A DNA stretch of 37,586 nt from a virus. Taxonomy: Duplodnaviria; Caudoviricetes. Of the stretch, positions 8,996-17,899 are shown one piece after another (position 1 is the stretch's first letter; every line of letters starts with the position of its first letter). Below the pieces are notes generated by a model, which saw only the letters and a list, made by a program, of their open reading frames with translations, made no database searches and was not told where the DNA came from. Made by a program: the position numbers and the translations under genes. The DNA lies in the IMG/VR virus record IMGVR_UViG_3300044723_009327, positions 1 through 37,586 of that record, one strand, 5' to 3'.

Positions 8996-9003
8996 TTTTA
9001 CCC
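8996..9003 (-). promoter_or_regulatory. GGGTAAAA motif
   Basis: About 22 nt upstream of start 8973. Confidence 0.65.
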
Positions 9004-9007
9004 GGCG

Positions 9008-10465
9008 TTAGTAACCCCGAATGCCGTCGGTCCAACGGTATCCGATAACAGCAACTCCCCAGACGTTTGTGGGTGAGGTTGGTGTTCCGTTCGATACGCA
9101 CTCCAGGAAAAGTGCCAGAGCATCCCCTTCGTAGTAGTCGGACAGGTCGAACGGTCCAAACCGCACTCGGTGGAGTTTACCCTCCTGGACGTAGGGCAGT
9201 GACCGGGCATCGAGAATCGGGTTTGTTGCTCCGGCTCCAGAGAAAGGAACCGTCAAGCTTTCTGGACGTTGTACGGGGAGTTTGCCTCCGGTGTTGTCGG
9301 CAATCAGAGTGCCAGAGTTTTCGATCGGGGTGAGATAAAGGTTGAATACGGGTGCCGTGGTGGCAGGGTTGTTGCTCAGAGAGTACCCAATGTCGATGAA
9401 GATTGGCAGAGCCGTACATATGCCAGGGGTCAAAGCAGTTTGCCAGTAGAGACCCTCGCCTGCTGATCCGATCTGTACGTTTTCGATCGAGTGAGTATAG
9501 CTGTTTCCGGTCCCGTCACCCATTGTGAAGGAGTAATTAACCAGGGTGCCCAGTTCTGTGAAGATGTTGGAACCTTGGCTGTTGACTACACCGTACTGGC
9601 TGAAACCGAGCTTGGAGAGAACACCTTCGGAACTGATGCTTGTGGAGGCTTGCGGTATCAACCAAACCGTCTCGAAGGTTGGAACTACTGACGGGGGTGT
9701 AATGACCCGGATGCGAGCCCAATACGAAGTGACAGAGTTGATGGTTTTCAGGACCCACCCGCTGTTTGGACGGATTCCGTAGAAGATTTTTTCCTCGCTG
9801 TTACCACGCCAGAACAAGTTGTTGGCATAGGAGTATCCTTCGGCATCAGACACAGCCTGAACCCCGATTGGCGTCCAAGAGGAACCATTCCAGATCTCAA
9901 CGGCGTATATGCCAACCAAGTCTCCAGAGGAAATAAGAATATCCAATCCCGTGTGCAGGAGCGGAGTACCACCGTCATCCAGAGATGTCGTGCCTAAATA
10001 AATACAATGGTTTGCGGCAGTACCCTGGAAGGTGAAGGTAGATCCGTCCTTACTGATTGCCTCGTCGGTCACATCTGTGATGTTTCCACCGTCGGTTGTG
10101 GCAGAGGCAGTCGCGTTGCTAGTGAAAACTCTCAGACCTCCTTTTGTGGGGCGGTCATTCTCTGCCGGATCTTTCCATACAGGTTTACCAAGTGCAGCAG
10201 AATATGCAAGGATCTGATTATCGACTGGTGCCGGACTGTATTTCTCAGGGTTTAGGAGAAAATATTGAGGATCTAAACTGGTAGAGAACCACCCTTTTCC
10301 AGGAAGACCAAGAGTTTGAGATCCGTCAAGATCTTTCTTAGTACTGGTACCATCCCCAACAAATACAACTTTATCTGGTAGGTTGAAGCACAGCTGACCA
10401 GGAAGAAGCCCTTCCGGGGTTTGACCGCTGAACGGGGTTCTCAGATTTTGAAGATTAAAACTCAT
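9008..10465 (-). CDS. Tail fibre/appendage protein (shared LQNLR...LLPGQLCFNL N-terminus)
   Basis: N-terminus paralogous to 12818..14740 and 10952..12508; G/S/T-rich body. Confidence 0.7.
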   Translation of the reverse strand: MSFNLQNLRTPFSGQTPEGLLPGQLCFNLPDKVVFVGDGTSTKKDLDGSQTLGLPGKGWFSTSLDPQYFLLNPEKYSPAPVDNQILAYSAALGKPVWKDPAENDRPTKGGLRVFTSNATASATTDGGNITDVTDEAISKDGSTFTFQGTAANHCIYLGTTSLDDGGTPLLHTGLDILISSGDLVGIYAVEIWNGSSWTPIGVQAVSDAEGYSYANNLFWRGNSEEKIFYGIRPNSGWVLKTINSVTSYWARIRVITPPSVVPTFETVWLIPQASTSISSEGVLSKLGFSQYGVVNSQGSNIFTELGTLVNYSFTMGDGTGNSYTHSIENVQIGSAGEGLYWQTALTPGICTALPIFIDIGYSLSNNPATTAPVFNLYLTPIENSGTLIADNTGGKLPVQRPESLTVPFSGAGATNPILDARSLPYVQEGKLHRVRFGPFDLSDYYEGDALALFLECVSNGTPTSPTNVWGVAVIGYRWTDGIRGY

Positions 10466-10502
10466 TCTCTCTACCGGAATTAGAGCCCAGGCTTATCCCT
10501 GT

Positions 10503-10510
10503 TTTTACCC
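10503..10510 (-). promoter_or_regulatory. GGGTAAAA motif
   Basis: About 37 nt upstream of ATG 10465, just after the upstream stop. Confidence 0.6.
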
Positions 10511-10512
10511 GG

Positions 10513-10893
10513 TTAGGCTACATTCGTAATGATGCCATTTGAGATGGTAAATGTTGATCCATCTACAGTTACGGACCCAGTAAATCCGGTCGGAGGTGGC
10601 TCAGCAATCACCGTCCAGGACCCGTTATAATAAATTTTTAGTTCTTCCGCCACAGGATTGTACCATAACTCACCTTCACAGTTACCGCTACTTCCTGCGG
10701 GAGACGAGTTTGGTGCAGAGGTCGAAATTTCCACAGGTCCGATCTTTACAATATCTCCGTTGTTGTCTTTTATGAAAAACCCGCAAGTAGAGGGATGGTA
10801 GTTTAGGGTAACTTCCCCTTCTACTACATCGCTACCGTTGGGGCGTTTGTGTTCCGCGCTTGAGCGCTTTAGTCGTAATACAGGTGTGCTCAT
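10513..10893 (-). CDS. Short fibre-associated virion protein
   Basis: LRLKRSS...KRP...EGEVTLNY N-terminal module, GELWYN..LKIYYNGSW and C-terminal TISNGIITNV. Confidence 0.7.
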   Translation of the reverse strand: MSTPVLRLKRSSAEHKRPNGSDVVEGEVTLNYHPSTCGFFIKDNNGDIVKIGPVEISTSAPNSSPAGSSGNCEGELWYNPVAEELKIYYNGSWTVIAEPPPTGFTGSVTVDGSTFTISNGIITNVA

Positions 10894-10914
10894 TGTTTAC
10901 TTGGACGATAGCAT

Positions 10915-10937
10915 AAAAAAGCCCCCTAGGTGGGGGC
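10915..10937 (-). terminator. Rho-independent terminator
   Basis: Minus strand GCCCCC-ACCTA-GGGGGC-TTTTTT downstream of 10952..12508. Confidence 0.8.
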
Positions 10938-10951
10938 ATAAACACCAAGGA

Positions 10952-12508
10952 TCAGAATGTGCCTTGCTCGAAGCCAGCTTCGTATGTAACTACGCTAACT
11001 TTACGGAAACGAGTTTTCGTCTCTTTGTCAACGCCAGATGCGTTGTAGTGACCGAACGAATCAAGAACGAAATCAACAGCGCCACTGCTGTAACTTGACT
11101 TAGTTGAAAGACGGAATTGCTTCACAGTTTCGGCAGTGTTACTAGGACCGGCGTTGGCGTAGGAGCTGTACTGCAGCACGATACGATCGAGCTCTGGGTG
11201 AATTGCGGGCTCAGCCGTAGACGCACTGGTTCCCCGGAACACCAAGAGATACTTCTTACCGGGCGTATAAGATCCGGCGGGAACTTCGTAGGAGAACCGG
11301 CTACGAGCGCCACTACCGGCGTTGTAGTCGTTACCGTCGTTTTGAGCCACGGTTTCGATGGTGAAGTGGGGCAGGCTTGTAACAGAGTCGAAAGTTACAA
11401 CTGCATAGGCAACGCTGTCTGCGACCGTGCCAGCACCGGTTCCGTCGAAAATTTCCCACTCGATGGCGTCACCGCTATTGATGTAGGCCCAACCTTCGCG
11501 GTAGTGGGAGTCCTCAATAGGAGCGACGCTTCCGTAGGCGTTGTTGAAGATGGCGGTGTCGCTGTCGTAGGCTACAACGATCTCGGTATCAACATCAGCC
11601 TCGAGAGAGTCGATGCGAGTGTCCAACGCGGCTTCTGCAGCGAGTGCACGTGCCTCTTCTGCAGATACGGCAGTGCCGTTAGAAGAGATGCTGGCAGACA
11701 GGGCTGCTTCAGCGGCGAGGGCACGAGTTTCCTCAGCTGCGATTGCGGTAGCGTTAACGCCTTCTGCAGCCAGGGCACGAGTCTCTTCAGCAGAGATGTC
11801 GGAGGCGTTTTGAGCTTCTGCGGCCGTCGCACGAGTTGTCTCTGCGGAGATCGCGGTGGCATTGGCGCTAATGGCAGCAGCGTTGACACCTTCAGCAGCG
11901 AGAGCACGGGTCTCTTCTGCAGTAATGTCTGAAGCGTTTTGAGCTTCGGCGGCTGTCGCACGAGTTGTCTCTGCGGAGATAGCAGCAGCGTTTACAGCCT
12001 CAGCTGCTTGGGCACGGCTTGTTTCAGCAGAAATAGCTGAAGCGTTGACACCCTCGGCGGCCTGAGCGCGAGCCGTCTCAGCAGTAATGTCGGAAGAGTT
12101 CTGAGTCTCAGCGGCGGTTGCCCGTACGATCTCAGCGTCAAGGTTGGTTTGAACTGTGCTTACACTATTGGCAATAGTGGTGGCAAAGTTAGGGTCATCG
12201 CCAAGAGCAGCGGCCAACTCGTTCAGAGTGTCGAGAAGACCAGGGGCACTGTCGACCAGACTGGCGATCGCAGTGTCGGTATAAGCGTTAGCAGAAGTAG
12301 TAGCAGTGACAATGTCGAGGTCACTGATGAAGAAACCCCCACCAACAACACCTGAAGTAGTACCACCGTTCTGGTCTACAATGTCATTGCCGCCAGTACC
12401 AATAAACAGAAGTTTATCAGTAAGGTTGATAGCAACTTGACCTGCAAGCAACGAAGTTGGGCGTGAGCCAACTCCAGTACTGCGTAGAAACTGAAGAGAT
12501 TGTGACAT
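10952..12508 (-). CDS. Tail fibre protein with coiled-coil repeats
   Basis: APGLLDTLNELAAALGDDPNFATTI fibre motif, tandem AE(T/E)xRAxAAE repeats, globular C-terminus ending QGTF. Confidence 0.8.
   Translation of the reverse strand: MSQSLQFLRSTGVGSRPTSLLAGQVAINLTDKLLFIGTGGNDIVDQNGGTTSGVVGGGFFISDLDIVTATTSANAYTDTAIASLVDSAPGLLDTLNELAAALGDDPNFATTIANSVSTVQTNLDAEIVRATAAETQNSSDITAETARAQAAEGVNASAISAETSRAQAAEAVNAAAISAETTRATAAEAQNASDITAEETRALAAEGVNAAAISANATAISAETTRATAAEAQNASDISAEETRALAAEGVNATAIAAEETRALAAEAALSASISSNGTAVSAEEARALAAEAALDTRIDSLEADVDTEIVVAYDSDTAIFNNAYGSVAPIEDSHYREGWAYINSGDAIEWEIFDGTGAGTVADSVAYAVVTFDSVTSLPHFTIETVAQNDGNDYNAGSGARSRFSYEVPAGSYTPGKKYLLVFRGTSASTAEPAIHPELDRIVLQYSSYANAGPSNTAETVKQFRLSTKSSYSSGAVDFVLDSFGHYNASGVDKETKTRFRKVSVVTYEAGFEQGTF
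11620..12150 (-). repeat. Degenerate 54-bp (18-aa) coding repeats
   Basis: About nine copies of I(S/T/A)AE(T/E)(T/A/S)RA(T/Q/L)AAE, two followed by a 7-aa insert. Confidence 0.8.
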
Positions 12509-12535
12509 AGTCTTTAGAAAAAACAGTTATTGAAC

Positions 12536-12751
12536 TCAGAAAGTTCCAAGATCCGGTCTGAAGTCGTCCATGTCGAGAATTAATTCTCCTCCCTCAACTT
12601 TGACAACTCCATAGTCGTTTCCTTCGGTTAGTGTTACTATAGACCCTAAGTTGTCGGCGTAATCCCCGGAGAAAACGTGATTACTTTGACCAGTCTCTAG
12701 ACCTTTTTCTTCGGCGACTTGGTCTATTGCCTTGTAGAGAAAGTTAAACAC
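12536..12751 (-). CDS. Small virion-associated protein
   Basis: 71 aa, GTG start, ends DLGTF like the neighbouring fibre (EQGTF); GGGTAAAC at 12794-12801 upstream. Confidence 0.55.
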   Translation of the reverse strand: MFNFLYKAIDQVAEEKGLETGQSNHVFSGDYADNLGSIVTLTEGNDYGVVKVEGGELILDMDDFRPDLGTF

Positions 12752-12817
12752 GATAAGTCAAATCAAATCGGACTTTAGTAGGTTGATAAGTAAGTTTACC
12801 CTGAATATTGAAACAAG

Positions 12818-14740
12818 TTACCAGGATTTTAGAGCTATTCTAGTCCAAATAGTGCCGTTATGAATATAGAAATAGCTTGCATCCATGGCAACCTGTCCAG
12901 AAATGCCTGGGTCAGTTGAGACTGTTGGAGCAGTAACAAAGATAAGTGAGGAGGTTACCGCGTGAAGGGTTCCCTCGTCATCAATAATGGCCCCTCGCTG
13001 TTTTTCAACTGGTGCTGTGTCGACTTGCCTCAGAAGATACGATTGGGGACGACCTTCTGTCAGATTCAAGTAGTTATCTGTTGACCCGTCCAGGTAGTTT
13101 ATGGCACCAGGGTCAACTGAAAGAAAAGAAGAATTAACCGACAGCGTATTCCAACCGTAGATTACACCGGCCCCGATCTCGATATTACCTTCAACGGTGT
13201 TGCTACCGTTAAATAGTACCGCCGTAATCGAACCGCTGCTGGTTCCTTGGTAAGAAACTCCTACTTTTTCGCCAAATACGGGCTTGGTTATGTCATCCGA
13301 CTGGGAAATACCGTTAACTAGACCGTTAAATAGTATGATTCCTCCTAACTGGTGGACAGGGGAAATAGCGTTAGAAGGGTCGCGGAACTCAACAGTTCCA
13401 CCCAAGATCTCGTAATACCGGGTAGAGGATCCAGTCCCCTCGACACGGTCGAGAACCATGTAACCCTTTTGGCCAACTGCATCTCCAGCCTGGTGTCTAA
13501 TATTGCCGTCAAAATCGGGGCGACGCAAATACAGAGAACGAGTCCATTGAACAGGATCTGTATCAAAACAAAAAACACTGATCAGAGAGTTGTTCTGAGC
13601 GAAGAAACAGTCGGCAATAACTGTGATTCCTCCACTAGCAAACGAGTGATTGGCAACTCGGAATGCGGGGTTGGAGTTTACGGTAGCAAACCGAATGTTT
13701 GTGATTGATGTGTTTGAAGTAGTAGTTGCGGTTAAGTCTAAGACAAAGTTCCCAGTGATGGTTGTTCCCGCCTGTGTGTTTTGGTCATTAAATGCACCAA
13801 TCAAATTCACACCCTTGGTCAAAGTCACATTTTCCGTGAAGTTACCAGGGGCCATGAAGATGGTATCACCTTGTGAAGCGGCGGCAAGTGCAGCGGTTAA
13901 TGTGGCAAAGGCTTGACGAGTTCCGCGTTGACCAGTGGTATCATCACCCAGAGGGGACACATAGATGGTGCCTTCAGAGATTGCACCGCCGCCTTCAGCA
14001 AGCAGCAAAGCCTCTTCGCCTCGGTCATATGCTTCTTTGACCGCAGTCGCGGAAGCGATTAGATTACTGTTTGCAACTTTTGCGTCGTCAGTTAGTTTGC
14101 TCTGCAAAGACTCCGGAGTGACCGAAGTAGAGCTTGAGGTGCCTGCAAGTGTTGCTGCTGCGTCGGCCAGTTGGGAAACACCTATGGTGGCGTAGTCTGC
14201 GTTCGGGGGGTCGGCGTAAACTGCCCCTCTGATCCACTCTGTCCCTGTCCAGACGTAGAAACCTTCGTAAGTTTCTCCAAAACTGCCCGCAACAGCAACC
14301 GAGTCTCCAACACCTGGGAAGGAAACTACGATCGCGGCAGAAATTTTTTCGCTAACCGTTGCGCCAGGGGCAGCGTCTACGGCAGCATTTGTTGTTGCAT
14401 AAACACGGACCGGTGTCCCTGTACCTCCGGCAGAAGACCAAATGGCGTGATTTGCTTCGGTGCTCCAAGTCAGGACTTGCAAGTCAGCGGGGGAATCCCC
14501 GTAATAAATCGGGTTCGGGATAAAATATTGCCCGACTGTATCGAAATCCAGAGGCAAAGAATACCAACCACCACCAGCAGCGCCAGGAGTTTGGGTGCCG
14601 TCGTAAGCGGTTTTAGTGTCGGATCCGTCTCCGACGTACATTACTTTGTCTGCCAGGTTGAAACAAAGCTGGCCTGGAAGAAGAGAAATGGGTTCGACGC
14701 CGTTGACCAAGGCGCGAAGATTTTGAAGAGAAGCTGCCAT
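12818..14740 (-). CDS. Tail fibre/spike with probable beta-helix domain
   Basis: Shared N-terminal module; GVSQLAD...VTPESL...ASATAVKEAYD fibre repeat; IYVSPLGDD.G..GT...FATLTAAL.AA..GDTIFMAPGNFTENV, a typical entry into a pectin-lyase-like beta-helix. Confidence 0.8.
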   Translation of the reverse strand: MAASLQNLRALVNGVEPISLLPGQLCFNLADKVMYVGDGSDTKTAYDGTQTPGAAGGGWYSLPLDFDTVGQYFIPNPIYYGDSPADLQVLTWSTEANHAIWSSAGGTGTPVRVYATTNAAVDAAPGATVSEKISAAIVVSFPGVGDSVAVAGSFGETYEGFYVWTGTEWIRGAVYADPPNADYATIGVSQLADAAATLAGTSSSTSVTPESLQSKLTDDAKVANSNLIASATAVKEAYDRGEEALLLAEGGGAISEGTIYVSPLGDDTTGQRGTRQAFATLTAALAAASQGDTIFMAPGNFTENVTLTKGVNLIGAFNDQNTQAGTTITGNFVLDLTATTTSNTSITNIRFATVNSNPAFRVANHSFASGGITVIADCFFAQNNSLISVFCFDTDPVQWTRSLYLRRPDFDGNIRHQAGDAVGQKGYMVLDRVEGTGSSTRYYEILGGTVEFRDPSNAISPVHQLGGIILFNGLVNGISQSDDITKPVFGEKVGVSYQGTSSGSITAVLFNGSNTVEGNIEIGAGVIYGWNTLSVNSSFLSVDPGAINYLDGSTDNYLNLTEGRPQSYLLRQVDTAPVEKQRGAIIDDEGTLHAVTSSLIFVTAPTVSTDPGISGQVAMDASYFYIHNGTIWTRIALKSW

Positions 14741-14744
14741 GGTA

Positions 14745-15215
14745 TTACACTATAATGCCGGAGTCAATTGAAACAATCTCGCCAGTTGGGCCTACGGTAA
14801 CTCCGTCTCCCCCTTTCATGTACCCTTCGTCTGCCAGGTAAGCGGTCAACGTGTCGTTAACCCAGCTAACTGTTACGAAAGCAGCGGGATTATTTGGAAT
14901 CTCGTACTGAGCGTAAATCGCTCCTTCAAACACACCGCCATTTTGGTCTATAGTGTCTTGAGGGAAGGGGGTGACCGAAATCCACTGACCCCCGTTTAAA
15001 TCTTTGTACCAAATATTGAGATAGTTATTATTACTATCGTACCAGAGAGACCCTTGAATAGGGTTGGGAGGTGGCGAGACACTTACATACACCGGTGCAG
15101 AGGTTGGTGTGGAAACTGCCTGAGCAGTCCATTGGGTTCCTGTCCACTTCCAAGTCCTACCATTGCTGGTATATAGTTGTCCCACAGATGGATTCGGCGG
15201 GAAAGACGTAGCCAT
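14745..15215 (-). CDS. Virion structural protein
   Basis: FPPNPSVGQLYTSNGRTWKWTGTQW and PPPNPIQGSLWYDS, motifs typical of cyanophage-type fibre proteins. Confidence 0.7.
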   Translation of the reverse strand: MATSFPPNPSVGQLYTSNGRTWKWTGTQWTAQAVSTPTSAPVYVSVSPPPNPIQGSLWYDSNNNYLNIWYKDLNGGQWISVTPFPQDTIDQNGGVFEGAIYAQYEIPNNPAAFVTVSWVNDTLTAYLADEGYMKGGDGVTVGPTGEIVSIDSGIIV

Positions 15216-15240
15216 TTTTATAAGGCGTTAATCATTAGGG

Positions 15241-15248
15241 TTTTACCC
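15241..15248 (-). promoter_or_regulatory. GGGTAAAA motif
   Basis: About 25 nt upstream of ATG 15215. Confidence 0.65.
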
Positions 15249-15253
15249 CTTTT

Positions 15254-16315
15254 TCAGGGTCCCCAAGACCAACTGCCATCTACAGACCAACCGCCAGAAT
15301 CAGTGGGTTCCCAGATTTGAGGGGTGCCACCGGTCAGTTCATCCATGTTTGCGGAGGTAATCCAGTTACTTTCGTTGTCATTCTGACCAATAGACCCCCA
15401 ACCAACCCTGAAATCAGGACCTTGGTCTCCAGCATAGTCTGTGGTCCAACCTGACAGACCTTTTCCGCTGACAGCGTTGTAGCGTTGGGGTATACGCCAA
15501 GACCTCATGATTCCGGCAGGCGTGTCAATGGCGGAGTCACCAGCACCAGCGCGGATTGCCGTCATTTGCATTTCGGCTTGAAGCTGCTTCAATGCCGTTT
15601 CGTAGTCGGACTTTACATCTTCCCGACGACGGACTGAATCCAGATAATAGCGGGCAATGATCAGAGCTGTGCGACGACGGTTGCTCGTAATGAGAACCAT
15701 TCCAGCTTTACCAGATTGCTCAATGTAGGAATCAATCAGAGAGTTAGCATCCTCGATCGCCATCCGCAGCTTGGCCACGTTCACTGTGCTAGAAGAAGCA
15801 TCCTCGATGTTTGTGAGTTGAATCGCTTCTTTCAGGCCGTAGGCGACAATGAAATCATCGGGGCTAGCCGATCTGGGGTCGGAGTTGCGATTTTGGTAGG
15901 GGAAACCTTGTCCGCCAATCGTTGACCCGAGGTTTGAGTTGTTCTGCGTACCGTCTGTTTTCTCGTTGGGTGATAGCTGATTTCTTCCAGGGACCCGGTA
16001 GAAAGCACGAACAGCATTTCTCTTGACTACAACGTCATTTGCTGTGGGCGGCAGTGGTCCCCGTAAACACTGTTTTAGGTCGAGAGGAGGTTCATAAGAA
16101 ACAAAAATCTCGTCCCAGGGGTTTATCGAAGAGTCCAACTCCAGTGTGATCATCGTGTCGGAGGAGTAGTTTACCGTAACAACTCCGTAGTTCCCGTAGT
16201 TTACGGTGAATGATGATACAGGTACTCCTACGTTGCGGTCAAGTGGTCCGTCAAACCACAAGATTACCGAAGAAGGCGATGGGACTGTTATTTCTTTAAT
16301 CTTGGGGAGACCCAC
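15254..16315 (-). CDS. Mu gp36/DUF1320-like head-tail adaptor with N-terminal SwmB-like domain
   Basis: YG.KEAIQLTN...VN.AKL..AIEDANSLIDSYI...IARYYL...YETALKQL is DUF1320-like; N-terminal ILWFDGPLD...SFTV...TITLEL...VSY.PP is SwmB-like. Confidence 0.7.
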   Translation of the reverse strand: MGLPKIKEITVPSPSSVILWFDGPLDRNVGVPVSSFTVNYGNYGVVTVNYSSDTMITLELDSSINPWDEIFVSYEPPLDLKQCLRGPLPPTANDVVVKRNAVRAFYRVPGRNQLSPNEKTDGTQNNSNLGSTIGGQGFPYQNRNSDPRSASPDDFIVAYGLKEAIQLTNIEDASSSTVNVAKLRMAIEDANSLIDSYIEQSGKAGMVLITSNRRRTALIIARYYLDSVRRREDVKSDYETALKQLQAEMQMTAIRAGAGDSAIDTPAGIMRSWRIPQRYNAVSGKGLSGWTTDYAGDQGPDFRVGWGSIGQNDNESNWITSANMDELTGGTPQIWEPTDSGGWSVDGSWSWGP

Positions 16316-16340
16316 AGCACGACGCCCGAACTTTAACTGG

Positions 16341-16348
16341 TTTTACCC
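16341..16348 (-). promoter_or_regulatory. GGGTAAAA motif
   Basis: About 25 nt upstream of GTG 16315. Confidence 0.65.
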
Positions 16349-16350
16349 GG

Positions 16351-16818
16351 TCAACGCCAGAGGGGGGTGTTAGGAGAGTTGCTCAAAGGTCCGAAATGTT
16401 CTGACACCCAGAATGCGATAGGATCTCTATTGGGCGCTTGAATTGCCTCTCCCGCTTGGTTGTAAACCTCATCCTGAACAACTTGGATGGAGTACCTTGT
16501 TTGCGGGTACAGGCAGTTTGCCAAGTAATTGATGCCGTATCTCAACGGCAGTTCGTCTCTCCAGTTTACAGACCAATTTGTAATCGACACAATGCCCGAC
16601 GCCACAGTGTAGTCAATCTGAGCAACAATATGCCCACCCTTTTGTTCGCTACCAGAGAAAGGGGGGTCGCTATAGTCAAAACTCTGTGAGATACGAGAGT
16701 AGACTTCGCCGTCCCACTTTACTTGCAGGTATCGGTACTGAACTCCTTCCCCCTCAGAATAGAGAAAATCTTGGTACAACCAATTTTCGGAGTAAAGAGA
16801 AGGGCGACGAATGGCCAT
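16351..16818 (-). CDS. Hypothetical protein, possible GNAT-like fold
   Basis: 155 aa, TAATG coupling with the upstream gene; IVAQIDY...ITNWSV...NRDPIAFW..HF pattern. Confidence 0.55.
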   Translation of the reverse strand: MAIRRPSLYSENWLYQDFLYSEGEGVQYRYLQVKWDGEVYSRISQSFDYSDPPFSGSEQKGGHIVAQIDYTVASGIVSITNWSVNWRDELPLRYGINYLANCLYPQTRYSIQVVQDEVYNQAGEAIQAPNRDPIAFWVSEHFGPLSNSPNTPLWR

Positions 16819-17096
16819 TAGTAAACAGCAAGGACCAAGTGGGGACCAGACATTGTTTGAATAACCGTAGGGACAAATGTTTGCCCTCCGACGGTTATCT
16901 TAGGAGAAGTAACAATGCAGTCGGTGGTTGTTGTCACACCCGCGACCGTTAGGTTTTTCTGAATGACGACATCTTCGCAGAAATTGTGTGGCCGAGGCAT
17001 AAATTTTATTTTACCTAGGCACGGTCCCTCTCCACACCCGCTTTCCACATCGCACGGGTCATCATAAGTCAGTTCGTAGCTAGTAGGAGTTGCCAT
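16818..17096 (-). CDS. Small beta-rich protein downstream of the spike gene
   Basis: 92 aa, Cys- and Thr/Val-rich, tiles with neighbours. Confidence 0.6.
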   Translation of the reverse strand: MATPTSYELTYDDPCDVESGCGEGPCLGKIKFMPRPHNFCEDVVIQKNLTVAGVTTTTDCIVTSPKITVGGQTFVPTVIQTMSGPHLVLAVY

Positions 17097-17099
17097 AAT

Positions 17100-17897
17100 T
17101 TATTTAGGAGGTTCGTACCATTTTGCGTCGCTCCCGAAAGGATTGGGGCGTGGATCTTTGCTGAACTTGGTTTTCTTTTCCATCTCCCCACCCGTAGTGG
17201 GGAAGACAAAGTCCCATACGCTCTGTTCTTCAACCGGTGCTTCCCCCTCACCGTCTGTATCGTTGCCTTGTTTACCGTCGTTTTCTCCGGCATGTCCGTG
17301 AGCCAGGTCAATGTGCCTGACCCAGTAGAAACTCCCTTGGCGTTGTAGGCAGACGCAAAGCCAGTCCGACTCCATCGGGCCGCCACACTCAACAACCATG
17401 CAACCGATGTTTTCCTTGGAAGCGGGAGGGAGACTTCCGCTCTCGTAACACGGTAATCTCGTCATTGACGAGTTATTGGGCATTTCGAGTTCGTCTTTCT
17501 TGTTTTCTGCCAGCATATACTGATCGAAAACTTGATCTTGCCCGACAGCATATTGAAACTGACCGTTGGAAGCGGAAATGGTTATCCGCTTGTTGAGCAT
17601 TCCCTCCGGTTGCTTCCCTTTGAAAGCGGGAGACATGTCGATCCAATGTGATTTATCGGGTTTTTCTCCGAGTCTTTCGTTGGACCAATCTCCTGCCCCT
17701 GAAACTTGGGGGATATCCGGGTTTACATCATCAAAGATAACGCGAACTCTGCCTCGTTCCTCGGGGTCTTCTACATCGACGATTGTGCCCCTCAAGGTTC
17801 CATGGGGTAGACCGGCGTACTTCATGTTCGCTTCTGTCGCCGCTTGCATAGCTGCAAGGTTCTGGACCAGTGGTGTATAACGAAGTGACCTTGACAT
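17100..17897 (-). CDS. Baseplate central spike (gpV/gp5 OB-fold type)
   Basis: RGTIVDVEDPEERGRVRVIF...SHWI is the gp5/gpV N-terminal signature; HGH motif in the C-terminal part. Confidence 0.75.
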   Translation of the reverse strand: MSRSLRYTPLVQNLAAMQAATEANMKYAGLPHGTLRGTIVDVEDPEERGRVRVIFDDVNPDIPQVSGAGDWSNERLGEKPDKSHWIDMSPAFKGKQPEGMLNKRITISASNGQFQYAVGQDQVFDQYMLAENKKDELEMPNNSSMTRLPCYESGSLPPASKENIGCMVVECGGPMESDWLCVCLQRQGSFYWVRHIDLAHGHAGENDGKQGNDTDGEGEAPVEEQSVWDFVFPTTGGEMEKKTKFSKDPRPNPFGSDAKWYEPPK

Positions 17898-17899
17898 AC

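Noticed and set aside
11117-11932. 271-aa plus-strand ORF
   Set aside because: Antisense to the repeat-rich fibre gene.
11620-12150. CRISPR array or DGR repeats
   Set aside because: Repeats are in-frame, degenerate and spacerless; no reverse transcriptase or cas gene is seen.
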